A stretch of 62,617 bases of DNA, the filler included. It is 7 parts of 7 records of this genome, joined end to end, with 100 filler letters (N's around TTAATTAATTAA, not from the genome) between each part and the next. Parts side by side here need not be neighbours in the genome. Positions count along the whole stretch, not along the records: positions 53,402 to 62,617 come from DRR723986_6710; 6 more parts are not named here. One strand, 5' to 3'. The position numbers and the translations under genes are program-made. Positions 61,571-62,617 of the stretch are shown here, in pieces; positions within the stretch are counted from its first letter, which is position 1; every line of letters starts with the position of its first letter. Under the pieces are notes generated by a model that saw nothing but the letters and a program-made list of their open reading frames with translations, had not been told where the DNA came from and ran no database searches.

Positions 61571-62617
61571 ATGAAACATCTAGCGTTAGCAAGCCTTTTG
61601 TGTGTGATAATACCAGCAACAAATGCACGGGCAGACATTTCGGTCACAGTCGATATTAACTTTGCGGAAGATGTTTTAGCTGACGTTTGTTCAGGTAAAG
61701 AAATTGATGAAGTAAACCTGCGAAACTCCATCGTTATAAAGAATATGCTGTCCCATTTCAGCCAGTTTCGTGATTACTTCACAATGGAAGCTTATTTGGA
61801 TAGCCGGCAAGACGCCGCCAATTGCCTTAAAATTGATCGGGATATTTTTCGTTTCAATCAGGTTATTGAGAATAAGCAGGCGCTATCAGCCGAAGTAGCT
61901 GCAATGAAAGTAGCGCAGGAAAATACTTCGCAGAGTATTTCGGTTATGTTGGCACCATTTGTACCGGCTGGCGTTTCCTATGCTGGCAGGGCGACGATTG
62001 CCGTCGGCACGCCGTCTTGCGGTGGTTGGTCAAAAGGCCCAGACTTTTATATTGATTTGCCGTGTATTATGAATGATCAGCAGGGTCTGCAATATCTGAT
62101 TGCCCACGAAACCTATCATGGGATGCAAGACCAATTCATGGCTGATCCAGAAAAGACGGACTATTTGTCCCGTTTGTTTAGCGCTATTGCCCGCGAAGGC
62201 AGCGCAACGGCCATTGCCGACTTTTCTTTGATCAAAGAAGGGGGCAGTTACACTGATAAAAGTAAGCGCAGCATTCAGAAAAATGCGGCGCGTCAGCAGC
62301 AAAATTTTGACCTGCTGGATATGAGTGTAAACTACATTATGCAGGCACCTACACCGACAACATACAGTATAGTGAATAACATCGGTCTATCTGGTAATTA
62401 TGATGCTCCATTTTATGCCGTAGGGTCCGCAGTTTTTAAAACCGTGGATAAAGTTGATGGTCGTGCGACCTTGATGTGTTTGTTGCAACAGTCGCCGTTT
62501 TCATTGTTCAAAAGATACGCCGCCATTGCGGGGCAAGATGAAGCGCTTCAGCAATTTGGTTCTTCAACAACCCATGTACTGGAAGGTGCTGATGCCGGAA
62601 TGCCCGACAAGTGTCTC
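61571..62617 (+). CDS. Secreted HEXXH zinc-dependent protease (DUF5700-like), runs off the window end
   Basis: Not in the ORF track because it has no stop. Signal peptide MKHLALASLLCVIIPATNARA; IAHETYH at ~62099-62119; downstream REGSA (gluzincin-type Glu). Confidence 0.8.
   Translation, partial: MKHLALASLLCVIIPATNARADISVTVDINFAEDVLADVCSGKEIDEVNLRNSIVIKNMLSHFSQFRDYFTMEAYLDSRQDAANCLKIDRDIFRFNQVIENKQALSAEVAAMKVAQENTSQSISVMLAPFVPAGVSYAGRATIAVGTPSCGGWSKGPDFYIDLPCIMNDQQGLQYLIAHETYHGMQDQFMADPEKTDYLSRLFSAIAREGSATAIADFSLIKEGGSYTDKSKRSIQKNAARQQQNFDLLDMSVNYIMQAPTPTTYSIVNNIGLSGNYDAPFYAVGSAVFKTVDKVDGRATLMCLLQQSPFSLFKRYAAIAGQDEALQQFGSSTTHVLEGADAGMPDKCL

Overview
This window is not one locus. It is seven unrelated fragments joined by identical artificial 100-nt spacers (N44-TTAATTAATTAA-N44) at 15482-15581, 24212-24311, 31582-31681, 40040-40139, 47456-47555 and 53302-53401, so nothing should be inferred across a spacer. 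Lineage labels below are inferences from gene content. (A) 1-15481, probably FCB-group, is accessory-rich: a pentapeptide-repeat membrane protein, a lipoprotein, a beta-propeller protein with a T9SS-like C-terminal domain, a secreted S74-chaperone fibre plus an Ig/dockerin partner, a small H-lectin-like gene, and two divergent paralogues of an uncharacterised ~500-aa helical protein. Each paralogue is flanked by conserved non-coding blocks. (B) 15582-24211, alphaproteobacterial core: rpoD-dnaG-yqeY / carA-merR-HTH-carB. (C) 24312-31581, Rhodobacteraceae-like: a repeat-flanked MarR cassette, ilvD and accD. (D) 31682-40039, Rhodobacteraceae-like: dnaB...alr-mlaE-mlaF...radA with inserted genes. 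(E) 40140-47455, a mobilisable plasmid segment: IS3 remnant, frameshifted IS1182, VirD2-like relaxase, MobC, oriT, RHH-ParA-ParB and ArdC. (F) 47556-53301, gammaproteobacterial (Marinobacter-like) metabolic genes including rnz. (G) 53402-62617, a two-component cluster, an EEP lipoprotein and a YtrA-type GntR-ABC operon preceded by a long, structured, internally duplicated A-rich leader with an unannotated sORF. The best candidates for something undescribed are the paralogue-linked conserved non-coding element in A and the GntR leader RNA in G. No CRISPR array, rRNA, tRNA or reverse transcriptase was seen.
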